From Chrysomallon squamiferum (taxonomy: Eukaryota > Animalia > Mollusca): a stretch of 64,000 nt of DNA. Where the stretch lies: positions 28,458,001-28,522,000 of the forward strand of contig CM022670.1 in the NCBI GenBank assembly GCA_012295275.1, written 5' to 3'. Positions 14,501 to 25,466 of the stretch are shown piece by piece. The notes beneath the pieces are model-generated. The model saw nothing but the letters and a program-made list of their open reading frames with translations, did not search any database and was not told where the DNA came from. The translations under genes and the position numbers were made by a program. Positions within the stretch are counted from its first letter, which is position 1. Each line of letters starts with the position of its first letter.

Positions 14501-16186
14501 TGAGCGATTGAAAATTTCTCTGACAACTGGAAGGTTATTAAGATGCAATCAGCAGAATTTATGTCAGACAGCTTTTAATGAAATACCATTATTACCCCCC
14601 TAAAAGAGAAGATTTTACAGCCAGATTTAATAGGGTGATATATTACTGGTACTTACAGAGTCAATAATAAAATGATAGGGGTAACAAAAGACTGAGGAGA
14701 AAGAGAAAAAAATAATATATGGCTACCAATAGGCCAAGTGCATTGGACAAGTTCTGAAAGGCCTCATAAGTTATTTCCTAAAATCTGGCATTTACTTAGT
14801 ACTTTTACAACAGTACAGGTGTGAATTAACCTTTTAAGTGTGAAAGTAAAGAAAATATCCTACTCTTTCTGTTTAAATAAAAATACCTTAATTCTAGATT
14901 TAAATAAAAAACAGAAACATTAAAAATACACATCAGTTGTTGTTGAAGATGGTTTATATATATATATGCTGTCAGTCACAGATTTTAGCCACAGAAAATA
15001 TGTCCACACAACAAACTGGCTCTCTATAATTAATGATAAGCAACAAGAATTCTTTAATGTCAACCTTCCCATTCTTTGGATGACTCACCAGTGTAAAACT
15101 GAATAGCCACCACCAGGTGAGAAACTCAAGAAGACAGCAAGATGTACGGGTGGGGGTATACAAAATAAACCATTTTAATTACCTGTCAAATACAGAGAAA
15201 CTGAAAATATTCAAAATCTTAACAAGACAATCTAGAACAGATTTAATAATCCATTATTCAAAATATAAATTTTGTTATTATATTAATGAAGTGTTATTTA
15301 TATCCTGGAATATTTGATTTCATTTGACCATGTTACAAACCTTACTCAGCATTGCTGATACAATTAAATTCTAAGATTCATATCCCTGATGATTTTGTTG
15401 TAAAAACAGACCTGCTCTACCATTTTTTCACTACAGTCTTTAATATTTGTTTGCAGCTAGGTGTCATATGGCATCACATACCACAGAGAACTGCCAACAA
15501 CATTCTTTTTTTGTAGGATTTTATTTTTTGAATGACGTGCATTTAATGTTATCAGAGTAGTGACTCATTGTTAAAAATAAAAATAAAAATGTGTCAATAA
15601 ATTCAGCCATTTTCCATTGACAAACTGGTCATATTATTCACTTCAATTTACTGCCTTGTTTTAAGTTTTATGTTTGAAACACTTTAAACAGTATTCTGCA
15701 AGAAAACGATTCTGAATACTGTGTATTTCAATTTTGAATATTAATAATAATAATAATAATAAAGAATGACTATAATGATGAAGGTGGTAACAATGATGAT
15801 GAAATCAGTAATCAATAAATTATTGAAAAATTAATAATAAATATAATGGTATATTTAAGTAATTTAAAAAATATATATTTAGCATTAAAAACATTTTTTA
15901 TAATAATGTAAAATTAAATATTAAAACCAATTATTGTTATTGTATTATAATCATAAATATCATTATTACTATTATTATTATTACTATTATTATTATCATC
16001 ATCATCATCATTATTATTTTTTGCACAACATTTAAAAAAAGAAACAATAATTTTCTACATCTACCCATTAATATATTTTAAAATATTATTTTACAATGGT
16101 TGCTCAAAAAAGCACTAAGCCAATTGATCATGGTGCAAGATAAGACTGAAAGCCAGATAAACAATGAATGTACAGAAAAAAGTCAC

Positions 16187-16264
16187 CTGTAAAGTCCACT
16201 TCCCACCATCCACACTTCCACAGAGCAGTGACAGTGACTTAATGTAGTAACAGAGTTCCGCCAT
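16187..16264 (-). CDS. Candidate alternative first coding exon (MAELCYYIKSLSLLCGSVDGGKWTLQ)
   Basis: Strong start context ACAATGGCG, 26 open codons and phase-0 donor CAG|GTGACT (+5 is not G). It sits just downstream, on the minus strand, of the CpG-rich island. Confidence 0.35.
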
Positions 16265-16649
16265 TGTCACAAAAAAGCCACACAAAAAACCAAAGTTGAC
16301 AGTGACAGTGATTTAACACAAGACAGTTGCATGTGAGACTGTCACACACACAGGTTCAGTCATTATAATGCAGCTCAGGTAGGACAAAGTAGTTCTCCTG
16401 ACCACCAAAGATTGCGAAGAGTTTTGTGTTTCGGTTTGTCTACATACCTGGAGTTATCAAACAATCAAACATTATTGGCAGAGAGTCCACCTTCAAATGA
16501 GGTCATTCCATTATGCAGTGAGGGGTGACAACTCATTGAGATTTTTTTTTTCTTCTTAATAGTAAGTGGACTTGGTTTAAGGACCATCTCTTTTAAAAAA
16601 ATAAAATAAAAAAAGACACAGTTGGATGTTCTGATTATAAACTGACTTA

Positions 16650-17000
16650 ATTATGACTCACCGCAAGTTAGCTTATTTGTAAAAAAATAATGAAAGTTGA
16701 TTTATGGTATGTTTAAACCGCCCCTACCCATTCAGACAGCTAAAAGTGTATTAGATTTTCAAGTTTAACAAAAGGTGAATGGGTGTGTAAGCACCAGTGT
16801 TCCTGTCTTGGCTCGGAAAGCCCCTTTTCCTTGTGAGCTGGGCGGGTCTGTTTGCTTGCCCCATGAAAGACTTTACGCTGGAGTCGAAGTAGCGTCTCAA
16901 CTGAAAAATGTTACCACAAGCCAGAGAAGGCCGAGCTTGGACAAATACGACTGTATGGATTTCTATCAATACGTAAAGACAAATATCTGTTTAGATTGGC
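16650..17000. promoter_or_regulatory. CpG-retaining island with promoter-type motifs
   Basis: TGACTCA (AP-1 type) at 16654, GC boxes CCGCCC at 16718 and GGGCGG at 16840, ATTGG (reverse CCAAT) at 16995. CpG density is far above the flanks. Confidence 0.35.
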
Positions 17001-17061
17001 AAAGAACAACAAAAGCAGATATAAAAATTGTCTAAAGTGGGAGGTCTCTGTGGCTCTTTTT
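16720..17061 (+). ncRNA. Candidate structured RNA of unknown family (alternatively a promoter island or transposon relic)
   Basis: Nested helices found by hand: 16804-16816/16931-16943, 16823-16829/16924-16930, 16830-16835/16915-16920, 16840-16847/16854-16861, 16875-16880/16890-16895, 16977-16992/17013-17033 and 16726-16734/16776-16784. Non-Watson-Crick positions are G-U on the + strand. About 10 CpGs lie in 16660-16975. Confidence 0.4.
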
Positions 17062-18573
17062 AACCATCTCAAACAAATACATCTTTCTTGTAATAATTAC
17101 ACAGACATTTTAAGAATAATCTGCTATGAAACATAAAAGAAACAAAATGAATTTGTATCTTGTTTATAATTATAATGAACTGGTTAAAAAAAATATGTAT
17201 TTTCTTACTCTTTTTTTTTTTTTTTTTTTCTAAATTTTAAGCTACAGCCTGAATTAAAAAAGTTAACCAGGAACAAATTTTAAAGTACAATTAAAATGAA
17301 ATAACTGTTTATTCTAACAGGAACCTTGTCTTGCACAGGACATGAATAAAAGTTCACGATTCTTTCCTTCCTGCACAACCTCTCCCCATGACTTCAACCA
17401 TCAACACATTGTAGTGAACACTAAAAATGTTAAAATACTGTAAAATTGTTTGGAGCATGCTAATACAGGCCAGCCATGATTTACAGCTTAAATGCAAATT
17501 AATGGAAATTAATCCATTTGAGAGTTTTAAAGAACAGCAGGTTCGATATTGAGTTTTTGTTTATATAGGGAAACATGAAAAGATGGCCTACTGATTTTTG
17601 TATTTATAATGACATGTCAATGGACTTTAAAAATGACATATGTAATTCTGTTTAAAAAATTTTTTTTATATATATATTTATTTATTTATTTATCTTATTT
17701 TATTTTTATTATTATTATTAATATTAATAAAAAAAAATTGTATGCATGTATAATGAAGATAGTGTAAGAAAATATATAATTTTATTTATTATTTTAATAA
17801 TGAAAATGAATATTAAAATAATACATGTCATATTTTTAATATTAATCATTACTTTTTTCTTTTTTTAAAAATTAAAAACAAAGACCCCAAAACTTTATTT
17901 AATATTTGTGATTATTTTCATCACATAACAAGATGAGATTTTTTACATGCACCTTTTAAGTCAAAAAGTATGGAAATAACTTTATTATTTTCTAATCATA
18001 AGCAAGAATTTATGTTATTTGTTGTTTTTTGTTTTGTTTTTTTGTTTGTTTGGTTGTTGTTGTTTTTTGTTTTAATTTTTCTTGCATAACTTAATAGAAA
18101 CAAGAAGATATAAATAATTACGTTTAAAATCACAGCATTAGGTTTAACAGATTAAACAAGCAATGGTTTCCAAACTGAAGAACATATCCCCACAAGTTTA
18201 CAAAACCTCTGCAACATTTAGTTTAAAAGTGATACAAATGAGTTCCATAAAAGAGAATAAATTCCACTGTCAGTGAAATTAAATGTTCATCACAGATGAA
18301 TGAAAAAGGTATCAAAGAAAAAAAAAAAAAAAAAAGAAATTTCTGTCCATATTTATAATTTTCACTGAAATAAAAACTACTCTTTGTAATTAAATAATCC
18401 AGGCAAATGCTTAATTAGTTAACGGCATAATCTTAAGGAGACAATGATCCAAGCAATCTTGTTCTGTGAAAGAGACTATGTTCTCTGCCTGGATTAAGCA
18501 CAAATATTAGATGATGAGAGGCACTGTCATCAAGGGCTCTAAATAAAGAAAAAAATAATAAATAAAACAAACA

Positions 18574-19560
18574 AATCAACTAGGACATAAATGACAGCTA
18601 GGTCTGACGTTGTAAAACTACAGAATCAACTAGGACATAAATGACAACTAGGTTTGATCTTGTAAAACTACAGAATCAACTAGGACATAAATGACAGCTA
18701 GGTCTGACGTTGTAAAACTACAGAATCAACTAGGACATAAATGACAGCTAGGTCTGATCTTGTAAAACTACAGAATCAACTAGGACATAAATGACAGCTA
18801 GGTCTGACGTTGTAAAACTACAGAATCAACTAGGACATAAATGACAGCTAGGTCTGATCTTGTAAAACTACAGAATCAACTAGGACATAAATGACAGCTA
18901 GGTCTGATCTTGTAAAACTACAGAATCAACTAGGAGAGAAATGGCAGCTAGGTCTGACTTTGTAAAACTACAGAATCAACTAGAACATAAATGACAGCTA
19001 GGTCTGATCTTGTAAAACTACAGAATCAACTAGGAACATAAAACTGAATCAACTAGGACTAAATGGTCTGATGTTGTAAAACTACAGAATCAACTAGGAC
19101 ATAAATGATAGCTAGTCTGAACTTGTAAAACTACAGAATCAACTAGGACATAAATGGTAGCTAGGTCTGATCTTGTAAAACTACAGAATCAACTAGGACA
19201 TAAATGACAGCTAGGTCTGATCTTGTAAAACTACAGAATCAACTAGGACATAAATGGAAGCTAGTCTGATCTTGTAAAACTACAGAATCAACTAGGACAT
19301 AAATGACAGCTAGTCTGATCTTGTAAAACTACAGAATCAACTAGGACATAAATGGCAGGTAGGTCTGATCTTATAAAACTACAGAATCAACTAGGACATA
19401 AATGGTAGCTAGGTCTGATCTTGTAAAACTACAGAATCAACTAGGACATAAATGACAGCTAGGTCTGATCTTGTAAAACTACAGAATCAACTAGGACATA
19501 AATGACAGCTAGGTCTGATCTTGTAAAACTACAGAATCAACTAGGACATAAATGACAGCT
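18574..19560. repeat. Minisatellite, 50-bp unit, about 20 copies (AATCAACTAGGACATAAATGACAGCTAGGTCTGATCTTGTAAAACTACAG)
   Basis: TAGGACATAA recurs at 18581, 18631, 18681, 18731, 18781, 18831 and 18881. Units are near-identical, with an indel-containing stretch around 19030-19130. Confidence 0.98.
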
Positions 19561-19708
19561 TACCCACCCAGCTCATTATCCACAGGATGATTTTGTAAGA
19601 TAGAAATCACAACTACAGTTATGATAAATAACTTAAATATTTAAAAATAACAGAATTACATCAAGCTCTGTGTATGGTATTTATTTCTAGTAATAACAAA
19701 TATATAAG

Positions 19709-19751
<43 letters not shown>

Positions 19752-19753
19752 AA
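19709..19753. repeat. (AAAT)n microsatellite
   Basis: Directly visible. Confidence 0.95.
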
Positions 19754-20715
19754 TAATATTAATAATAATCTCTGTCACTGTGAGTGTTAACTATGCAAAT
19801 TATTTAATGATTATTTATTAAATACAAATCTGCTTGACACAAGTAATATTTAATAAATACTATTGGATGTTGCATTTCAAATCAGTTTCAGAATATTTCT
19901 TTTTGTGGTTGTTTTTATATATATATAAAAGAAATGAAAATTTATACATTTTGTTTTCTCTATGATTAATGTACTTTTGGAACTTGCTTATCTTTTATTT
20001 ATTTATCCATGTATTACCATTATCTTTTTTCATGATAAAATTGTTTTTTTTTTATTTGCTTTTATTGGGTTTTAATGGTATTCTTATTTTTAGTTGGAAA
20101 GTATGTGGTGTTATGTTGTGTTTTTTGGTTGGGTTTTTTAATGAAATACATAAACAATTTATTTTAATGGCCTACATTGTCGAATGTAAAAACGAAAAGG
20201 GAACATTACAGTGAAAACAAGGTTTGTTCATTTCAACAAAAGATTTGTGACAAGGGACATAATTCTGGCATGTTAGTTATAAACTAGTTCTTTGCATGGG
20301 ACAACTTCAAAGTAGCATCTCAAAGTAGCATAACAATGAATCAGACGCCATTCATGTAAAAGACTGGGATATAAAACATGTAATAGGGCTGGGTAGGTTA
20401 GCAAAATTTAAAAATATAAAATAAAACTGAACTAAAATTATAAAAGTAAAATAAATAAAATAGAAAAATATATAAAGAAAATATAAATATATAAACAGTA
20501 TTTATATATATTAATAAAATAAATTTGAATCAAACTAAAATATACAAATGAAATAAATCTTTTTTTTTTTTAAATAAATGAAATAATTTATAAGAAGTAT
20601 GTAATATAAACAAATGTTAGAAATATGCAAGTACATTTAAAATAATAAAATATATAAAATAATTAACTTTCATTAACTAAATAATTTAAAGATAAATGAA
20701 TGGATTGATAAATTT

Positions 20716-20753
<38 letters not shown>

Positions 20754-23354
20754 TTTTCATAAATTCATTTAAAAAAATAAAAACTAATGTGGAACCCTCT
20801 GTAATATTATGAATTTTTCAAATGACACCACTATAAGAAACAAACCCCATAAATAATCTGCCACATCATAACACTCTATTAATAAGAGATTTATATGAAA
20901 TGTGAGCCTGGGTCCAGAGGCAGTTTAAAACTTGAATAATGACCAAATTTCGCAGCAAGCATTTTGACAATTCTTTCCAGGCAGCTAGTGAAAGCCAACT
21001 TAGGTAATAGTGATATGATTACATGCAATTTGTGATTTATACGAAACTAATGCCAACTATTGCCATACAGCTCTGTATAAATACTGCTGAAGCATTCCTT
21101 CTTATTAATTCTTTTTTTTTTTATTTTTTTTTTTTTCAGAACGTCTTTATAATTTTTTTTTAATTTTTAATATTTGTCAAAATGATTTTCACCAAATTAA
21201 CAATAATTATTCTTGTTTGGCTCTGCCTAATGCAAAACAAATATTTGTTCTTGTCTTTGTGTTTTTATTTTGTTGTGGTTTTGTGGGTATTTTTTTGGTT
21301 TTGAAACCATTTTAATAATACTCATTAAAATTATTTTTTATTGACACTTACAGTAACTGTAGCTTGATAAAGCAGGTTTTATTCTTTTATATATTATTTT
21401 TTTCATATTGATATTTTCTGAATAAAATAAAACACTAAATGAAATAATAAAATGAGAAAAAAAATTAAAATGGTATAAATAAAATGTAATAAAAGTTAAA
21501 CAAATTAAAATAAATGCAATCAATATTATAAGGTGAAAAACTTTTTTGGGGGGATAGCAAATTTTCTATTGTTTTATTTCTAATTTTTATTTTTTTATTT
21601 TTTAGACAAAAGTTATTTATTTTATTTTATATTATTTTTATTTAATCTTTTACCTTGTTTGTTTTTCCTTTTTTTTTCCCTTATATTTTCCTAATTGATA
21701 TTTATTATCATTATCTTAAAGCTAACATGTTGTTTGGGCAGGTTAATGATGGTTCAAGATCTGTGAAGTAGACATCTTGAGCGGATGTTTGGTATCTGAT
21801 AAAACCTACAAACATCAAGTACTGCAGATAGCAACCTAGACTGAAGTTTGAAGTGTGACAGCAAGGAGAATACAGTACTCAAAGAAGGAGGGGGGGGAAT
21901 CCACATGGAATTACCAAGGTCGAGAGATTAATGCAGTTTAAAGTTTTAATGCAAGTTTTATGGGATATTTTTCTTTTTTATGTATTTTTAATCTCATGAT
22001 AACCCTACATGTCGTCTTCTTTAATAATCAATCAAATTGCCGACATTTGAAATGTGTCATCTTCCACATCACAAGTCACTTTTTATGAGTATTGAATTAG
22101 GCTAAACATTCTTATTTCTTTTGCCCTAAGCTTCATTTTAAAACATATCTCAATCTGCAGCTTCTGTGTTGGCAGAGACAGGCCTAATTGAATACTGGTA
22201 ATTAAGGATGATTCTAATCAAACTTGAGTGACTTCTTAAATATCATATTCTCAAAGTTCTTCTTAGCATCAAAAATTCATAAATGTTTTTTTTTTTTTTT
22301 TCAATTTTTGCTCAGACATTAGAACAAACATTTAGTCTTATTGGTCAAATTTTGGATTTTTTATTAACAACAAATAATTATTATTGCATAATATATTGAT
22401 AAATTAATATTGTAACTTAATACCAGTTCAGATGTATAGGGTCACACATGCTTCAATTGACTAACATTAGACCTTGGATAAAAAAAATATAAAATTTAAA
22501 ATATAAAACTCAGAACCTATCTGTATTAACCACTTCAACAGAAATACTTTTTTACTGATCAACTAATTCATGTATGTGGTATAAAACTGATAAACAATCT
22601 TAAAAATGTACATTTGTTCCAAATTTTGAAAAAAATAATTATAATCTATCTGTTTGGATCAATTTTTGTTTCATATGCAAGTCAAATTTTAATAAACTAT
22701 TCTGACTTAAAAACAAAAAGACAGAAGATATGTTATTAACAGACAGAACCGTAGTAGTTTTCACTTACCCAAACAAGTTCAGGATCAGATGTTATTCTTA
22801 GAAATGTATTTTAATCTGTACCATTAAAACACATCTTACTGATTATGTAGGTTTTTTTAAAAAGGTAGATGGAATATATAGTAAATTTTTAATATCTATA
22901 TATGTATAAGAATAGAATAATGAATTTGGATTAACATTTTTAGCTCAGCAGAGCCAAAAGAGCTATAGCTTCCTTTCTACCATGTTCAGATTTGCCCATG
23001 CAGTGACAAAAACTTTTATTTAGATGTCAATATATCATGCACATGTAATTTCAACAATCACTAATTATGGTCAGAAATAGCGATTATGGCTATAATTATG
23101 TTTGCCTAAGTTTTATATCAGCAATGTTAAACAAATTTTTAAAAACAAATTCAAACTGAAAAAAATGCATGGAAAGAACTTGCTGAAATTTTAAATGTGT
23201 TTTGAAAATGCTCAAGAAGTATATTAAAATCAGTAAAATATTTATATAAAAAATGCTTACTTTCTTTACAGTAAAGAAAACATTAAAAAATAAATTAAAA
23301 AATATAATAAATTTTAAATATTTAATTTTAAAAAACTAAAAAAGAACTCTTTAC

Positions 23355-25466
23355 CTTTTGAAGAGTTGGAGTTGTGTCAGGTGTTGTCTCCCTTGTTTCA
23401 ACATGGTGGCTTTTAGGAGAGGACTGGATGCTGGTTGTTACAGAACTGATAGAATCCGAATCTTCTACCTTCAGATCCAGTCTGTTTGGTGGCTGTACAA
23501 GAGGAACAACAATTGGTGCAGGTAGGGCATGAGCTGTTGAGTCAACAACTGGATTCGTTGGAAACATGGAACACTGGTGTGGGGAATAATTTGAGTAATA
23601 TCGCTTATGCATTGCATCCAGCAGTGATCTCGAAATATATGGAAACCCTCGACACAGTTCCCCTGGCAACTCAGCCATGCTGTGGCCACTGACTGTTGCA
23701 TATCTCTTGTGGCTGAAGTAGGGTGTGCTTTCTGAACTGACCATACCCAGCCCCATCCGTGGAGCAGGTCTGAGTAAAGTGGTTCCACTAGATCCATGCC
23801 ATGTTCGTGACATTTCTGGACTAATAATAATACTCTGTTTTTGTGATGACTGAGTATTGTCATTGTGTCCGTCATTAATACTGTTCCTTTCCTTGAGAAT
23901 ACTATTTGTGGTTTTTTGGTTCCCTGAAGATTTAACCTGGCATGTATGCAAACAGTTTTGATTACCATGAAGTGTGTCATCACTGGTTTCAATATTTTGG
24001 TTTTCATCAACTTTGAAACCACATCTGACATGCTGGAGAGCACCATTTGTTTGTGCAAAACAATCTTTACGAGGGGTCTGTCTGATGCTGGTTTTCCTTC
24101 GAACAAGAACAGGAGTTGAAGAATTCACCACAACTTGCATCTCAGGAGAGTCATCTGTTAGAAACATTCGCTCTTGTTCTGAAAGTTCTGCTTCCACACA
24201 AGAACTACTCAGATCTTGTAAACATCCATCAGAAGTTTTCCTCAACCTCCTCTTCACCTTGCACTCTTCACCCTCCCCCTCAGTCTTCTGTAATGACTTT
24301 GATCTCGAATATCTCACACCCTTGTGGTTCCCTGACGCATGTAACTTGAGCTGGCAATGAGTCTGAGTGGCTCGCGAAACTTTCCCATTTTTGTTGATAA
24401 CCAACAACTTCTGCTTGGTCTGAACACTTTTTGTCACTGTCGTTGTTTCTCTGAAATCATTATCTGAAAAACTAGTCTGACATGCAACACTCTTTCTTGT
24501 TGAAACCCCAGTGAGAACATCCTGGTCACTGTGGACCGAATCTCCATCAGATGATGCAGAACACTCATCAGAATCATCTTCCTCACACGATAGATCATCT
24601 TTTAACACTGCTGTTACCTCCCTAGACTGACCTGAATCTGTTTCATTTGATTTCATCTCACACATATCAGTGCTTGTTGGTTTGACATTTTCCTGCTTAA
24701 TGCTTACTTCTGACTCACTTAACAACAGTGGAATATCAGGTTTCTTTGAAAATAAACAAACTGCCAAAGATCTTCCTGAAGGAGGACAAATCTCTTCTTC
24801 TAAAGGATCTGGAATCTCTACATCTAAAGGAGGTGAAGCCTTTTCTCCTGGAGGAGTTATGTTTTCTCCTGACAGATTATAAATCTTTTCTCCTAAAGAT
24901 GTTGATGTTCTTTCTTCTGAAGGAGTTGAAGCCTCTTCTCCTCTAGCAGGAAAATTCTTTTCTTCTTCTCCCAAAACATTATTTGTTTCTTTTTCCAGAT
25001 CTGGATCATCATGACACTTCTCAGAGTGGTTCCGTTGCAGCATCAGTTTTGTTAGGTTACTGTCAAACTCCAGATACACAGGACTGTTAGAAGCTGCATT
25101 CACCTCTTGTTTGTCATCCTCCCTCAAAGCTGCTGATACTGACAAATCACATTTTTCTTGCTGACATTTTAAGGAAAGTGTTTTGCTGCCATGAACTAAA
25201 TCTGGTTGAATACTTGTCTCCTGTACGTTAATTGATTTATCTTGATCACAGTATTTCGGAATACTCCTGCTCTCCTGGTCATATTTTTTAGCAATGGTAT
25301 TGTCTATTCCTTCCCTCATTAGCTCCTGATCATCCTGTGATGATGTGCACTTCTTGCTCATCCAGCAGAGTTTTAGTGTGTCCTGGACAATCTGCTTAGC
25401 TTGGTCAACAGATGGCAGCACTTTTCCATCACCATGATCAGTATCATCTAGTGAAAAACTTAATTC
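23355..25466 (-). CDS. Very large internal coding exon, 704 codons (ELSFSLDD...TTPTLQK); Ser/Thr/Glu/Asp-rich, probably disordered, no recognisable domain
   Basis: The 697-aa ORF extends in frame to acceptor ctttattttttcag|GAA at 25466. Donor AAG|GTAAAG at 23355 gives 2112 nt, phase 0/0. The ORF tail VKSSFLVF* is read-through into AT-rich intron. Confidence 0.92.

Noticed and set aside
16863-16905. SECIS element (ATGA...AA...TGA)
   Set aside because: Helix II does not pair over the required length, and no + strand selenoprotein 3'UTR is evident.
16815-17025. RNase MRP/P RNA (GGAAAGCCCC and GGGCGGGTCTG resemble CR-I) or telomerase RNA
   Set aside because: There is no GGGGCT CR-V partner for MRP, the invariant GGAAG of RNase P is missing, and there is no telomeric template (CCCTACCC at 16722 lacks the AA).
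16751-17035. 86-aa (+) and 72-aa (-) ORFs as genes
   Set aside because: Both have non-ATG starts, lack a consistent pair of strong splice sites and contain no recognisable domain; locally higher GC explains the open frames.
18574-19560. CRISPR array
   Set aside because: The units are contiguous with no unique spacers, there are no cas genes, and the context is eukaryotic.
23328-23354. Large exon as the terminal exon (VKSSFLVF-stop)
   Set aside because: A good in-phase donor at 23355 and an abrupt switch to intron-like A/T runs argue against it, though intronic polyadenylation cannot be excluded.
23486-24946. Several + strand ORFs overlapping the large exon
   Set aside because: These are antisense shadows of the real coding exon.
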